Source: Gemmatimonadaceae bacterium (GTDB taxonomy: Bacteria > Gemmatimonadota > Gemmatimonadetes > Gemmatimonadales > Gemmatimonadaceae). From it: a stretch of 32,496 nt of DNA. The stretch covers positions 1 to 32,496 of the forward strand of contig JBBDYA010000058.1 in the NCBI GenBank assembly GCA_040902005.1, in the 5' to 3' direction. Under the pieces are notes generated by a model that did not search any database, was not told the origin of the DNA, and worked only from the letters and a program-made list of their open reading frames with translations. Positions 1 through 7,843 of this stretch are shown here, in pieces (the stretch's first letter is position 1; every line of letters starts with the position of its first letter). The translations under genes and the position numbers were made by a program.

Positions 1-70
1 CAGCTCTCTCGTCCAAGTATTGGTACTGGCTCGCGCCGGCCGGAACACCTCGCCCCGGCCCCGGATTTTT

Positions 71-1162
71 TCAGAGGTTCCCCAAGCGGTCGAACGGCTG
101 GTTCATGATCGGGTAGCTGCGCCAGTCGCGGTAGTCGAAGTGCCACCACTCCAGCGGATTCACGCTGAATCCCGCATGCTCCATCACTCGCCGCAGGAGC
201 GCTCGGTGATAGCGCTGGAGCGACGTTCCCCCCGGATAGAACGCACCCGACCGGCCGCTCGCTTCGTCGTACGTGCCCGGCATTTCGGCGGGCGCGTTCG
301 CCTCCAGGTCGTACAGCGTGAGGTCCACGGCGGCGCCCCGATTGTGCTTCGATCCCTGCGCCGGATCGGCCACGAGCCACTTGATGTCCGCGGGGACCGC
401 GTCCCAGAAGATCTTCGTCACGTACCAGGGCCGATACGCATCATGGACGAGCAACGAATATCCCAGCGGACGGAGCAACTGATTGGCGCGCGCCACGGCC
501 TCCGCGGCCGGCCGTTGGAGAAAGGCGCGGGGCTGCTCGTAGAGGGCGGTGCCCAGGAAGTTGTTGTCACCCGCGTACCGCACGTCCAGGCGCAGCGTGG
601 AGTCGAGCGTGACAAGCTCCACCAGCTCCGGAAGGTGGAATGAACCGGTTTCGGCGGGAGGCGTTGCGGCCAGCGCCTCGCGCCGGAGCTCCTCGATGGG
701 CCGAACCGGCGTGATACGCAGTTGGGAGGCGCCCGGCGGCGGCTCCACGTTCCGCCGTTGCATGACCATATCGCCGAGCATGATGCCGAAGGGCCGCCCC
801 GTCGGGTCCTTCTGAAAGCGCACCTCGCCCGCCACGCCCGCCATTGCGATCGGCGCGTCGAACACCGCCGCCGCCGCGGAGTCGTGACGCTCCGCGAGCG
901 GCACGTAGTTCCCGCGCTGATCCAGGATGTGCATGCGTCCATCGCGCTCCAGCGCGAACCAGCGGAGCGTGGTGTCGGGACCGTACTCGCCAATCAGGTC
1001 GCGCCAGCGGGTCGGAATCGTGTCGGGCTGCCGGCGAAACTCGAGGACAAGGCGCGCCGCGAGGGGATCGGCCGCGGCGGCGGGTTCACGATTGGCCGGC
1101 GCGCACGCGGCGGCGACCGCCAGCAGCCACCATGGAACCGAGTTCCGAAGGACTCTGTGCAT
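71..1162 (-). CDS. D-alanyl-D-alanine dipeptidase (peptidase M15D, VanX/DdpX family), probable lipoprotein with N-terminal extension
   Basis: Motifs DAYRPW, SKHNRGAAVDLT (SxHxxGxAxD) and EWWHF; lipobox-like AVAAAC. Start placed at the second ATG (1162) because TAGAAT lies 6 nt upstream; 1168 is the alternative. Confidence 0.88.
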   Translation of the reverse strand: MHRVLRNSVPWWLLAVAAACAPANREPAAAADPLAARLVLEFRRQPDTIPTRWRDLIGEYGPDTTLRWFALERDGRMHILDQRGNYVPLAERHDSAAAAVFDAPIAMAGVAGEVRFQKDPTGRPFGIMLGDMVMQRRNVEPPPGASQLRITPVRPIEELRREALAATPPAETGSFHLPELVELVTLDSTLRLDVRYAGDNNFLGTALYEQPRAFLQRPAAEAVARANQLLRPLGYSLLVHDAYRPWYVTKIFWDAVPADIKWLVADPAQGSKHNRGAAVDLTLYDLEANAPAEMPGTYDEASGRSGAFYPGGTSLQRYHRALLRRVMEHAGFSVNPLEWWHFDYRDWRSYPIMNQPFDRLGNL

Positions 1163-1275
1163 GTCCATATTCTAGTTCGCGTGGCGGTGATGTAACACTC
1201 GCGCGCCTGGATACGTACGGGGCGGCACATCCGGCGGTATCGACAATCCACTCATCCTCGACTGGGAAAGGCGCC

Positions 1276-1488
1276 ATGGCCCTCCGCACCCGAATGACCC
1301 GTTCCACCAGAGACGAGATGGTTGCCGGGGTTCTCGGCGGCGTCTCCGAGTACTTCGGGCTGGACTCCAGCAAGGTCCGGCTGGCCTTCGTCGTCGCCTC
1401 GCTGATCTCCGCGGGGTTTCCGGGGATCGTCCTGTATCTCATGCTCTGGTACGTGATTCCCGAGGGTGAGCAGCGAAGCATGTATTAG
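1276..1488 (+). CDS. PspC domain-containing membrane protein (70 aa)
   Basis: RSTRDEMVAGVLGGVSEYFGLDSSKVRL...YLMLWYVIP matches the PspC pattern. ATG at 1276 is in frame with ORF 844..1488 and follows GGGAAAGG. Confidence 0.88.
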   Translation: MALRTRMTRSTRDEMVAGVLGGVSEYFGLDSSKVRLAFVVASLISAGFPGIVLYLMLWYVIPEGEQRSMY

Positions 1489-1519
1489 CCCTCCTCGAAC
1501 ATTTCGCGGACGACACGAC

Positions 1520-2062
1520 ATGAAAACGATGCTGGTACTGACCGCCGCGGCGCTCGCCGTCGGATGCGCCCCTGCGGACGAACTTCCCGAATCCATTCCA
1601 CCGGTCGAGGGCGCGCGGCAGGTGGCGTTCGCGCTGCGGCAGATCGACGTCGTGCAGGGCATCGGTGCCGCGGCGGAACCGCGAAAGTGCATGTACGTGC
1701 ACTATACCGGCTGGTTCACCGACGGAACGAAGTTCGATTCATCGCGCGACACCACCGCGAGCGGGCAGCCGCGCACGCCCATCGCCTTCCCGCAGGGCGC
1801 CAGACGTGTGATTGCCGGCTGGGACCTTGGTTTCGAGGGAATGCGAGTGGGAAGCCAGCGGCGACTGTTCATTCCCTATCAGCTCGCGTATGGGGAGAGG
1901 GGGCGTCCCCCGGTGATACCGGAACGCGCCGAGCTGATCTTCGACGTGGAGTTGATGGCCATCGCGGACACGTTGCCGGCCTCGGCCGCGGCGCAGGACC
2001 CGCGGCCACCGCAGGGACCACGATGCCCCGAATGGGCGGTGGTGAGCGGCGCCACCGGCTGA
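1520..2062 (+). CDS. FKBP-type peptidyl-prolyl cis-trans isomerase, lipoprotein
   Basis: VHYTGWFTDGTKFDSS, VIAGWDLG, IPYQLAYGERG and LIFDVEL motifs; lipobox LAVGC. Confidence 0.93.
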   Translation: MKTMLVLTAAALAVGCAPADELPESIPPVEGARQVAFALRQIDVVQGIGAAAEPRKCMYVHYTGWFTDGTKFDSSRDTTASGQPRTPIAFPQGARRVIAGWDLGFEGMRVGSQRRLFIPYQLAYGERGRPPVIPERAELIFDVELMAIADTLPASAAAQDPRPPQGPRCPEWAVVSGATG

Positions 2063-2135
2063 GACTCCCGCGAATGTGCTGCCATTCCCCCGGGTGTGGG
2101 GTATTGCCTGTTTCACCCGGGCAGGAGTCGATCAT

Positions 2136-3059
2136 GTGTCGGAGCGAGGCTACGTGAGCGTATCGCGGATAGCGATGGCGTGTGCGCTCCTGCCCGCTGC
2201 CGTTCAGGCACAGGAAATCCTGGTGGTTCCCGCCCGCCCGGAACCGGGCGCGATCGTGCGCCTCATCGTTCCAACGTCGGGGGACGACTCCATCGTGACG
2301 ATTCGCGGCACCCTGGCGGGCGAGCCGCTCCACTTCGGCCGGTCACCGCAAGGCGACTGGTCCTCGCTGGGACCAATTCCGGTGGACGCATCCGACAGCG
2401 TCGTGGCGCACATCATGATCCAGCGCACGTCCAGCGCGGTGGATTCGCTGCGTGCCGCGGTCCCGGTGCCGACAATCGAGGTGGTGGCGTCGTCCAACCT
2501 GAGCGTCAACACGCGCTACACCAGCCCCATGGACGCGGCAACCGCCGCGCGGGTCAACCGGGAAAACGCGCGCGCGCGCGAGGTGGGACGCCGGGCGCAC
2601 GAAACGCCCCGGATGTGGGAATCCACCTTCCGCCGGCCACGGAACACCGTCATCACGAGCCAGTTCGGTTCCGGCCGCGTCTTCAATGGCGAGCTGCGCA
2701 GCCGGCACCTGGGCGTCGATTTTCGCGGCGCGGTGGGCACGGAAGTGCGCGCGGCCAATCGCGGCGTCGTGGCGCTGGTGGATACCTTCTTCCTCGCCGG
2801 CCAATTGATCTATCTCGACCACGGCGCCGGCATCACGACCGCGTACTTCCACCTCAGCAAGACGCTCGTCGCCGAAGGTGACACCGTGGTACGCGGCCAG
2901 CTCATCGGACACGTGGGGGAGTCGGGGCGCGTCACCGCGCCACACCTGCACTGGGCGGCGCGCTATGGGGCGATCAACGTGAACCCGCTGGACCTCATTG
3001 CGCGCACGAGTGGGGAGAGCGCCAGGGAGGAGCAAGCCACCCCGGATGAGGCGCCCTAG
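2136..3059 (+). CDS. M23 family metallopeptidase (peptidoglycan endopeptidase-like), secreted
   Basis: HLGVDF (HxxxD), YFHLS and PHLHW (HxH) motifs; signal peptide ending AVQA. GTG at 2136 follows AGGAG; 2154 and 2175 are alternative starts. Confidence 0.9.
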   Translation: MSERGYVSVSRIAMACALLPAAVQAQEILVVPARPEPGAIVRLIVPTSGDDSIVTIRGTLAGEPLHFGRSPQGDWSSLGPIPVDASDSVVAHIMIQRTSSAVDSLRAAVPVPTIEVVASSNLSVNTRYTSPMDAATAARVNRENARAREVGRRAHETPRMWESTFRRPRNTVITSQFGSGRVFNGELRSRHLGVDFRGAVGTEVRAANRGVVALVDTFFLAGQLIYLDHGAGITTAYFHLSKTLVAEGDTVVRGQLIGHVGESGRVTAPHLHWAARYGAINVNPLDLIARTSGESAREEQATPDEAP

Positions 3060-3141
3060 CGAGGGCTCGCCCTTGCGCGCGCGCCGCTCAGGTCATATTC
3101 GTACGGCAACGACAATTTGTATACAATACGGAGCGTGCTCC

Positions 3142-3702
3142 ATGCGTAACCTTGTGACCATCGCCCTCTGCGCCACCGCCGCGTGCGCTCCAGCAGGCAC
3201 GCCCGCGACACCAGTGACCGCGGCGCCCGAAGCGCAGACAGTTCGGGTCAGCAGCGCCTCCGGCACCGGCAGCATATCCACCTGGGCGAAGGCCACGGAG
3301 GTCCGCTCGGACACGGTGGCGGTCTCATTGCAACGGGCCTGGCGTGCCCTGCCGGCTGTGTACCGGCAGCTTGAAATCCCCATCTCGACGTTCGATGCCG
3401 CCAAGAATCAGGTGGGCCATTCGGGATACAAGACCTATCGTCGCATCGGCAAGATCCAGATGACGAAGATTCTCGACTGCGGACGAACGCAGATCGGACA
3501 GAACGCCGAGTCCTACGAGGTCGTGCTGTCCGTGCTCACGACGCTGAGCGGCGCGAACGCCGCCGGTCCCACAACGATCTCCACGAGCATCCAGGCACGG
3601 GCACGGCCCATACAGTTTGCCGGAGACTACGTGTCCTGCCAGAGCAAGGGACATCTCGAGGAACAGATCGCGCTCGCGTTCAAGGCACAGTTCACGCCCT
3701 GA
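3142..3702 (+). CDS. hypothetical lipoprotein
   Basis: ATG follows GGAG; signal ending CATAAC; globular region with a Cys pair (LDCG...SCQSKG). Family not recognised. Confidence 0.75.
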   Translation: MRNLVTIALCATAACAPAGTPATPVTAAPEAQTVRVSSASGTGSISTWAKATEVRSDTVAVSLQRAWRALPAVYRQLEIPISTFDAAKNQVGHSGYKTYRRIGKIQMTKILDCGRTQIGQNAESYEVVLSVLTTLSGANAAGPTTISTSIQARARPIQFAGDYVSCQSKGHLEEQIALAFKAQFTP

Positions 3703-3713
3703 ACCGCGGCGGG

Positions 3714-4847
3714 TCAGTACCTGAGTCCTCCAGCCTCCGCGAACTCCTTCATCATCTTCTCCTGCTCCTCGGTGAGGTGTTCCGGCACGATGATCTCCAC
3801 CTCGATGATGAGGTCACCGATCTGCGCGCCTTTCTTCACGCCCTGCGCGCGCACCCGGAAGCGCTTGCCTGACGGGGTACCCGCCGGAATCCGGATCGAC
3901 ACCTTTTTCCCGTCGATCGTCTTGACGTTCACGCGGGAGCCCAGCGTGGCCTGGGCGATGTTGATGGGAACCCGGGCGACGAGGTCCACCCCTTCGCGCT
4001 TGTAGAAGCGGTCAGGCTGCACGAGAAAATTGATGATGAGATCACCCGGGGGGCCGCTTCTGGACCCGCGCCCCCCCTGCCCCCGCAGCCGGATCTTGGT
4101 TCCGGTATCGGCGCCCGACGGCACCGTGACGGCGATCTTCCGGTGCGCGCGCACGTCACCGGTGCCGTTGCAGGTGGCGCAGCGCTCGCTGGGCACCTGC
4201 CCGCGACCAAGGCACTGGGGACACGGCCGCTGCACCGCAAATCCGCCCTGCCCGAACGAGACGGTGCCGCGCCCACCGCACTCCGCGCAGGGACTCAGCT
4301 TGGCGCCGGGCGCCGCGCCGCTTCCCTTGCACACCGCGCATTCCTCGTTCACTTCGAGGTCGATGTTCACCTTGCCGCCGGCCACGGCAGTCCGAAAGGG
4401 GACTTCGAGCGTGACCTCCACGTCCTGACCCCGCTCCGGTTCGCGCGGGCGTGCGCGTCCGGCACCGCCGAACATCGAGCTGAAGATGTCACCAAGGCCG
4501 CCAAGTCCGCCCAGGTCCACCTCCTCGAAGCGGAACCCACCCCCCGGCGGGAATCCCCCCGCCCCCCCTGCGCCGCGCGCACCAGCGCGACCGCCGCGCG
4601 GGCCGCCGCCGAAGCCGCCGAACGCGCCCAGTCGCCGCATGTCGTCGTACTGCTTGCGCCGTTCCGCGTCGCCAAGCACCTGGTACGCCTCGGAGATTTC
4701 CTTGAATCGCTCCGCGGCCTTCGGGTCGCTGCGGTTCTTGTCCGGATGGTGACGCGCGGCCAGCTTGCGATACTGCTTCTTGACCTCGTCCTGCGACGCG
4801 GACGCGGGCACGCCGAGGACCGCGTAGAAGTCCTTGTTCTGCGACAT
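3714..4847 (-). CDS. dnaJ: chaperone DnaJ
   Basis: J domain with HPD, G/F-rich linker, four CxxCxGxG repeats and the C-terminal domain. Confidence 0.97.
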   Translation of the reverse strand: MSQNKDFYAVLGVPASASQDEVKKQYRKLAARHHPDKNRSDPKAAERFKEISEAYQVLGDAERRKQYDDMRRLGAFGGFGGGPRGGRAGARGAGGAGGFPPGGGFRFEEVDLGGLGGLGDIFSSMFGGAGRARPREPERGQDVEVTLEVPFRTAVAGGKVNIDLEVNEECAVCKGSGAAPGAKLSPCAECGGRGTVSFGQGGFAVQRPCPQCLGRGQVPSERCATCNGTGDVRAHRKIAVTVPSGADTGTKIRLRGQGGRGSRSGPPGDLIINFLVQPDRFYKREGVDLVARVPINIAQATLGSRVNVKTIDGKKVSIRIPAGTPSGKRFRVRAQGVKKGAQIGDLIIEVEIIVPEHLTEEQEKMMKEFAEAGGLRY

Positions 4848-4862
4848 GCCGTCCCTACGGAC

Positions 4863-5465
4863 TCAACCGTTCCACTGCTTCACAACGACGCGGGCCGGGC
4901 GCAGGAGCTGTCCGCCGAACCGATACCCCAGCTGGAACACCTTGGAGACCGTGTCATCGTCTTCGGGCGCCAGGGCCGGCTCCGTCGTGATGGCCTCGTG
5001 CAGATTGGGATCGAACGACTGGTCCACGGGGTTGATGACCTCCAGGCCGGTCGCGACGAGCGCCTTCAGGAGCTTCTGCTCCACCAGCTCGATCCCCTTG
5101 TGCAGCGTGTGGACATCCGTCGAGGACGGATCGATGTCGGCAAAGCGCGACAGGTCGTCGATCGCCTCGAGCATCCGGAGAATGAGCTCGGCCTGACCGC
5201 GGGAACCCGCCTCGAGCCGTTCCTTCGCGGTCCGCTTGCGGTAGTTGTCGTACTCGGCGGCCAGCCGCAGATACTTGTCCCGCTGCTCGGCGAGCTGTTG
5301 GCCCAGGTCGGCGCCCGCGGTTTCGGCGGGATCAGGCGCGCCGTCGTCGGAGAACTCTCCGCCCTCCTGGGGCTCCGGCTCGCCGTCGCCCTGCGCCTCT
5401 GGCGCGTGCGGCTCGCCCTCGGTGGGGGAGGGGGGGGCGTTCGAGCTGCGCTTGCGGTGCTTCAT
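4863..5465 (-). CDS. grpE: nucleotide exchange factor GrpE
   Basis: YLRLAAEYDNYRKRT, FDPNLHEA and GYRFGGQLLRPARVVV; adjacent to dnaJ. Confidence 0.96.
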   Translation of the reverse strand: MKHRKRSSNAPPSPTEGEPHAPEAQGDGEPEPQEGGEFSDDGAPDPAETAGADLGQQLAEQRDKYLRLAAEYDNYRKRTAKERLEAGSRGQAELILRMLEAIDDLSRFADIDPSSTDVHTLHKGIELVEQKLLKALVATGLEVINPVDQSFDPNLHEAITTEPALAPEDDDTVSKVFQLGYRFGGQLLRPARVVVKQWNG

Positions 5466-5471
5466 GCCTGA

Positions 5472-5500
5472 AGTCTCGTCAGTTGCGAAACGCCGTGCAA
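5472..5500 (-). promoter_or_regulatory. putative sigma70-type promoter for a leaderless grpE-dnaJ transcript
   Basis: Minus strand reads TTGCAC-N17-GAGACT-N6-ATG(grpE), with no Shine-Dalgarno. Confidence 0.45.
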
Positions 5501-5502
5501 CG

Positions 5503-6942
5503 TCAGGGTATCGTCGTGTTGGCCTGCGTGAGTGCCACCGTCAGCCGGTAGAGAAACTCCTGGCCCTCGAAGAGGCTCTGGACGCGCATGCGCTCGTCGC
5601 GCCCGTGCGCCCTCGCGTCCACGGTGGGGTCGAGGAAGAGCCCGGAAACGCCGAACACCGGCACGTTGCGCTGCCGGAAATACCTGCCGTCCGTGGCGCC
5701 CGTGGACATGGTGGGCACGACCGGGATGTCGCCGAACAGGTCGCGGGTGATCCGCGTAACCGGCTGCATGACCTCCGGGAGGAGCGGCGTGGGCGGCTCC
5801 GGCGGCCGGGGCGCAAACTGCGCCACGACCTGCACCGCGGTGTCGGCGATGGCGCTCCGCAGCGCGTCGCGCGTCTGTGCGGCGGTGGTGCCGGGGAACA
5901 TGCGGCAGTTCACATTCGCCTCTGCCAGCTGTGGCAGCGCGTTGGTGGCATGCCCACCGGTGAGCATCGTGGGCACACACGTGGTGCGCAACATGGCATT
6001 GTACCGCGGGTCGCGGCTCACGACGGACAGGGCCGCCGTATCTGCCGCGCTGGCGACCAGGGCGCGCATGGCGCGCGCCATCTCCGGCGTCTCGATGCGC
6101 GCCGTCTGGGTGAAGAACTCGCGCGTCACCTCATTGAACAGCACGGGAAACGCGTACCGCTCCACGCGCACGAGCGCATTCGCGAGCGAGGCGATCGCGT
6201 TGTCCGGCCGCGGCACGGAGGAATGGCCGCCGCGGTTCGTGACGCGGAGGACCATGTTGGCGAACAGCTTTTCCGTGGCCTGCACGCTGTGGGAGAGCGG
6301 CCGGCCGGCGCGCAGGGTTCCCCCGCCCCCTTCGTTGATCACGAGCGCCGCATCCAGTTTTTCCGGGTGATGCTGGAGCAGCCACTCCACGCCGTTCGCC
6401 GAGCCCCCCTCCTCGTCGGCCGTGAGCGCGATGATGATGTCGCGGTCGGGGACAAACCCCTCCTGCTGCATCCGGAAGACGTTGGCCACGAAGATCGCGG
6501 CCATCGCCTTGTCGTCGGCCGTGCCACGTCCGTAGTAGTAGCCGTCACGTTCCGTGAAGACGAACGGATCGAGGTCGTCGGACCAGTCCTCCTTCAGGGC
6601 CTCCACCACATCCAGGTGCGCGAGAAGCAGGACGGGCTTGCGCGTCGCGTTCCGTCCACGAATGCGCGCCACGACGTTGTGCTTGTCCGGGCGCGGCCCG
6701 CCGACGAAAACGTCGGCGTCGGGAAATCCGGCGTCGCGGAACCGCCGCGCCATCGCGACCGACGCCGTGGTCACGTTCCCCGTCCGGTCGGCGGTGTTGA
6801 TCTCGACGAGCTCGCGGTAGATGTCCCGGGTCAGCTGTTGGTGCGGCGTGAGCGCCCCCGGGACATAGACGGCGGGGCGCTGCTGCGCGACCGCCGGGAT
6901 GGTCCACAGAAGCGCGCCTGCGACTAGGACGAACCGGTTCAC
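5503..6942 (-). CDS. M20/M25/M40 family metallo-hydrolase, secreted
   Basis: LLAHLDVV, GRGTADDK, ADEEGG, GGHSS, GATDG and AHGRDER motifs; signal peptide; GTG start after AGGAGG. Confidence 0.92.
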   Translation of the reverse strand: MNRFVLVAGALLWTIPAVAQQRPAVYVPGALTPHQQLTRDIYRELVEINTADRTGNVTTASVAMARRFRDAGFPDADVFVGGPRPDKHNVVARIRGRNATRKPVLLLAHLDVVEALKEDWSDDLDPFVFTERDGYYYGRGTADDKAMAAIFVANVFRMQQEGFVPDRDIIIALTADEEGGSANGVEWLLQHHPEKLDAALVINEGGGGTLRAGRPLSHSVQATEKLFANMVLRVTNRGGHSSVPRPDNAIASLANALVRVERYAFPVLFNEVTREFFTQTARIETPEMARAMRALVASAADTAALSVVSRDPRYNAMLRTTCVPTMLTGGHATNALPQLAEANVNCRMFPGTTAAQTRDALRSAIADTAVQVVAQFAPRPPEPPTPLLPEVMQPVTRITRDLFGDIPVVPTMSTGATDGRYFRQRNVPVFGVSGLFLDPTVDARAHGRDERMRVQSLFEGQEFLYRLTVALTQANTTIP

Positions 6943-7037
6943 AAGATCCTCCTGATGCGTTCCACCTTGGTGGCCTTGATGAGGTGCGATCCCACGTGTC
7001 CCGCCCCGCCGGTCACCAAGACAGTCCTCGAACTCAT
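6939..7037 (-). pseudogene. 32-aa ORF MSSRTVLVTGGAGHVGSHLIKATKVERIRRIL, an N-terminal remnant of an NAD-dependent epimerase/dehydratase (extended SDR) or a leader peptide
   Basis: Hand-translated, not in the ORF track. VLVTGGAGHVGSHL is the TGxxGxxG Rossmann start. Its TGA overlaps the M20 GTG (GTGA), and TAGAAT lies 7 nt upstream. Confidence 0.7.
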
Positions 7038-7117
7038 GGGTCGTATTCTAGCCGGTGGCTTACTGGAAAACTTGGCCGGTATTAACGTGAACCATCCCGT
7101 GAGGCGAGGCAGCCCGA

Positions 7118-7843
7118 ATGCGATCGATTCCCCTGTTCATCACGGCCGCGGCAATCCTGTCTGCCTGTTCGGCCACGCCGTCTCCGGAGTCCGTGGCGCG
7201 CGCCTCCACCCCGCCGCCGAGCGTCGTGCGGGAGACGGTCACGGTGCGAGACGCCGACCTGGAACGCCGTGTGAGCCGGCTGGAATTGCGCCTGCTGGAG
7301 AAGGAGGCGCAGGTGGTGGAACTCGAGACGCGGCTCGGCGACACGCGCGATGAAGTCGTGCGCACCATGGCCAGGATCCAGACCGCGGCCAGCCGCGCCC
7401 AGGCCGCGTCGGGCATTGCCGAGGCCGATGTGGCCCTGCAGACCCTGCGTTCGAGTCCGGGGGCCGCTCAACTCACGGAGGTGGCGCAGGTGGCGCAGCT
7501 GGTGCGCCAGAGTTCCGCGGAGTTCAATAAGAACAACTTCGGGGGGGCGCTGTATCTCTCCACGCAGGCCAAGGTGATCGCCAACGCCGCGCGCGGCCGG
7601 CTGTCCGGCGGCGATCAGCAGACGGCGCGACCCGGAGAAACCATGTTCGCGCTCCCCGTTCGCGTGAAGGCCAGTTCACGCGGCAACGTGCGTGACGGGC
7701 CCGGCACGGGCTTTCCGGTCGCCTTCGCCGTGAATCAGGGCACGCTGCTCACCGCGTTTTCCTACACGGACGAGTGGGTTCGCGTGAGCGACGACGCCGG
7801 GCGCGGTGGCTGGATCTTCAACGGCCTGGTGACGCGGCCCTAG
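7118..7843 (+). CDS. lipoprotein with coiled coil and C-terminal bacterial SH3 (SH3b) domain
   Basis: Lipobox LSAC; heptad-rich segment; C-terminal GNVRDGPGTGF...EWVRV...GGWIF is SH3b-like. Confidence 0.8.
   Translation: MRSIPLFITAAAILSACSATPSPESVARASTPPPSVVRETVTVRDADLERRVSRLELRLLEKEAQVVELETRLGDTRDEVVRTMARIQTAASRAQAASGIAEADVALQTLRSSPGAAQLTEVAQVAQLVRQSSAEFNKNNFGGALYLSTQAKVIANAARGRLSGGDQQTARPGETMFALPVRVKASSRGNVRDGPGTGFPVAFAVNQGTLLTAFSYTDEWVRVSDDAGRGGWIFNGLVTRP

Noticed and set aside
71..1162. vanX glycopeptide-resistance locus
   Set aside because: No vanH, vanA, vanR or vanS nearby. M15D enzymes are common housekeeping proteins.
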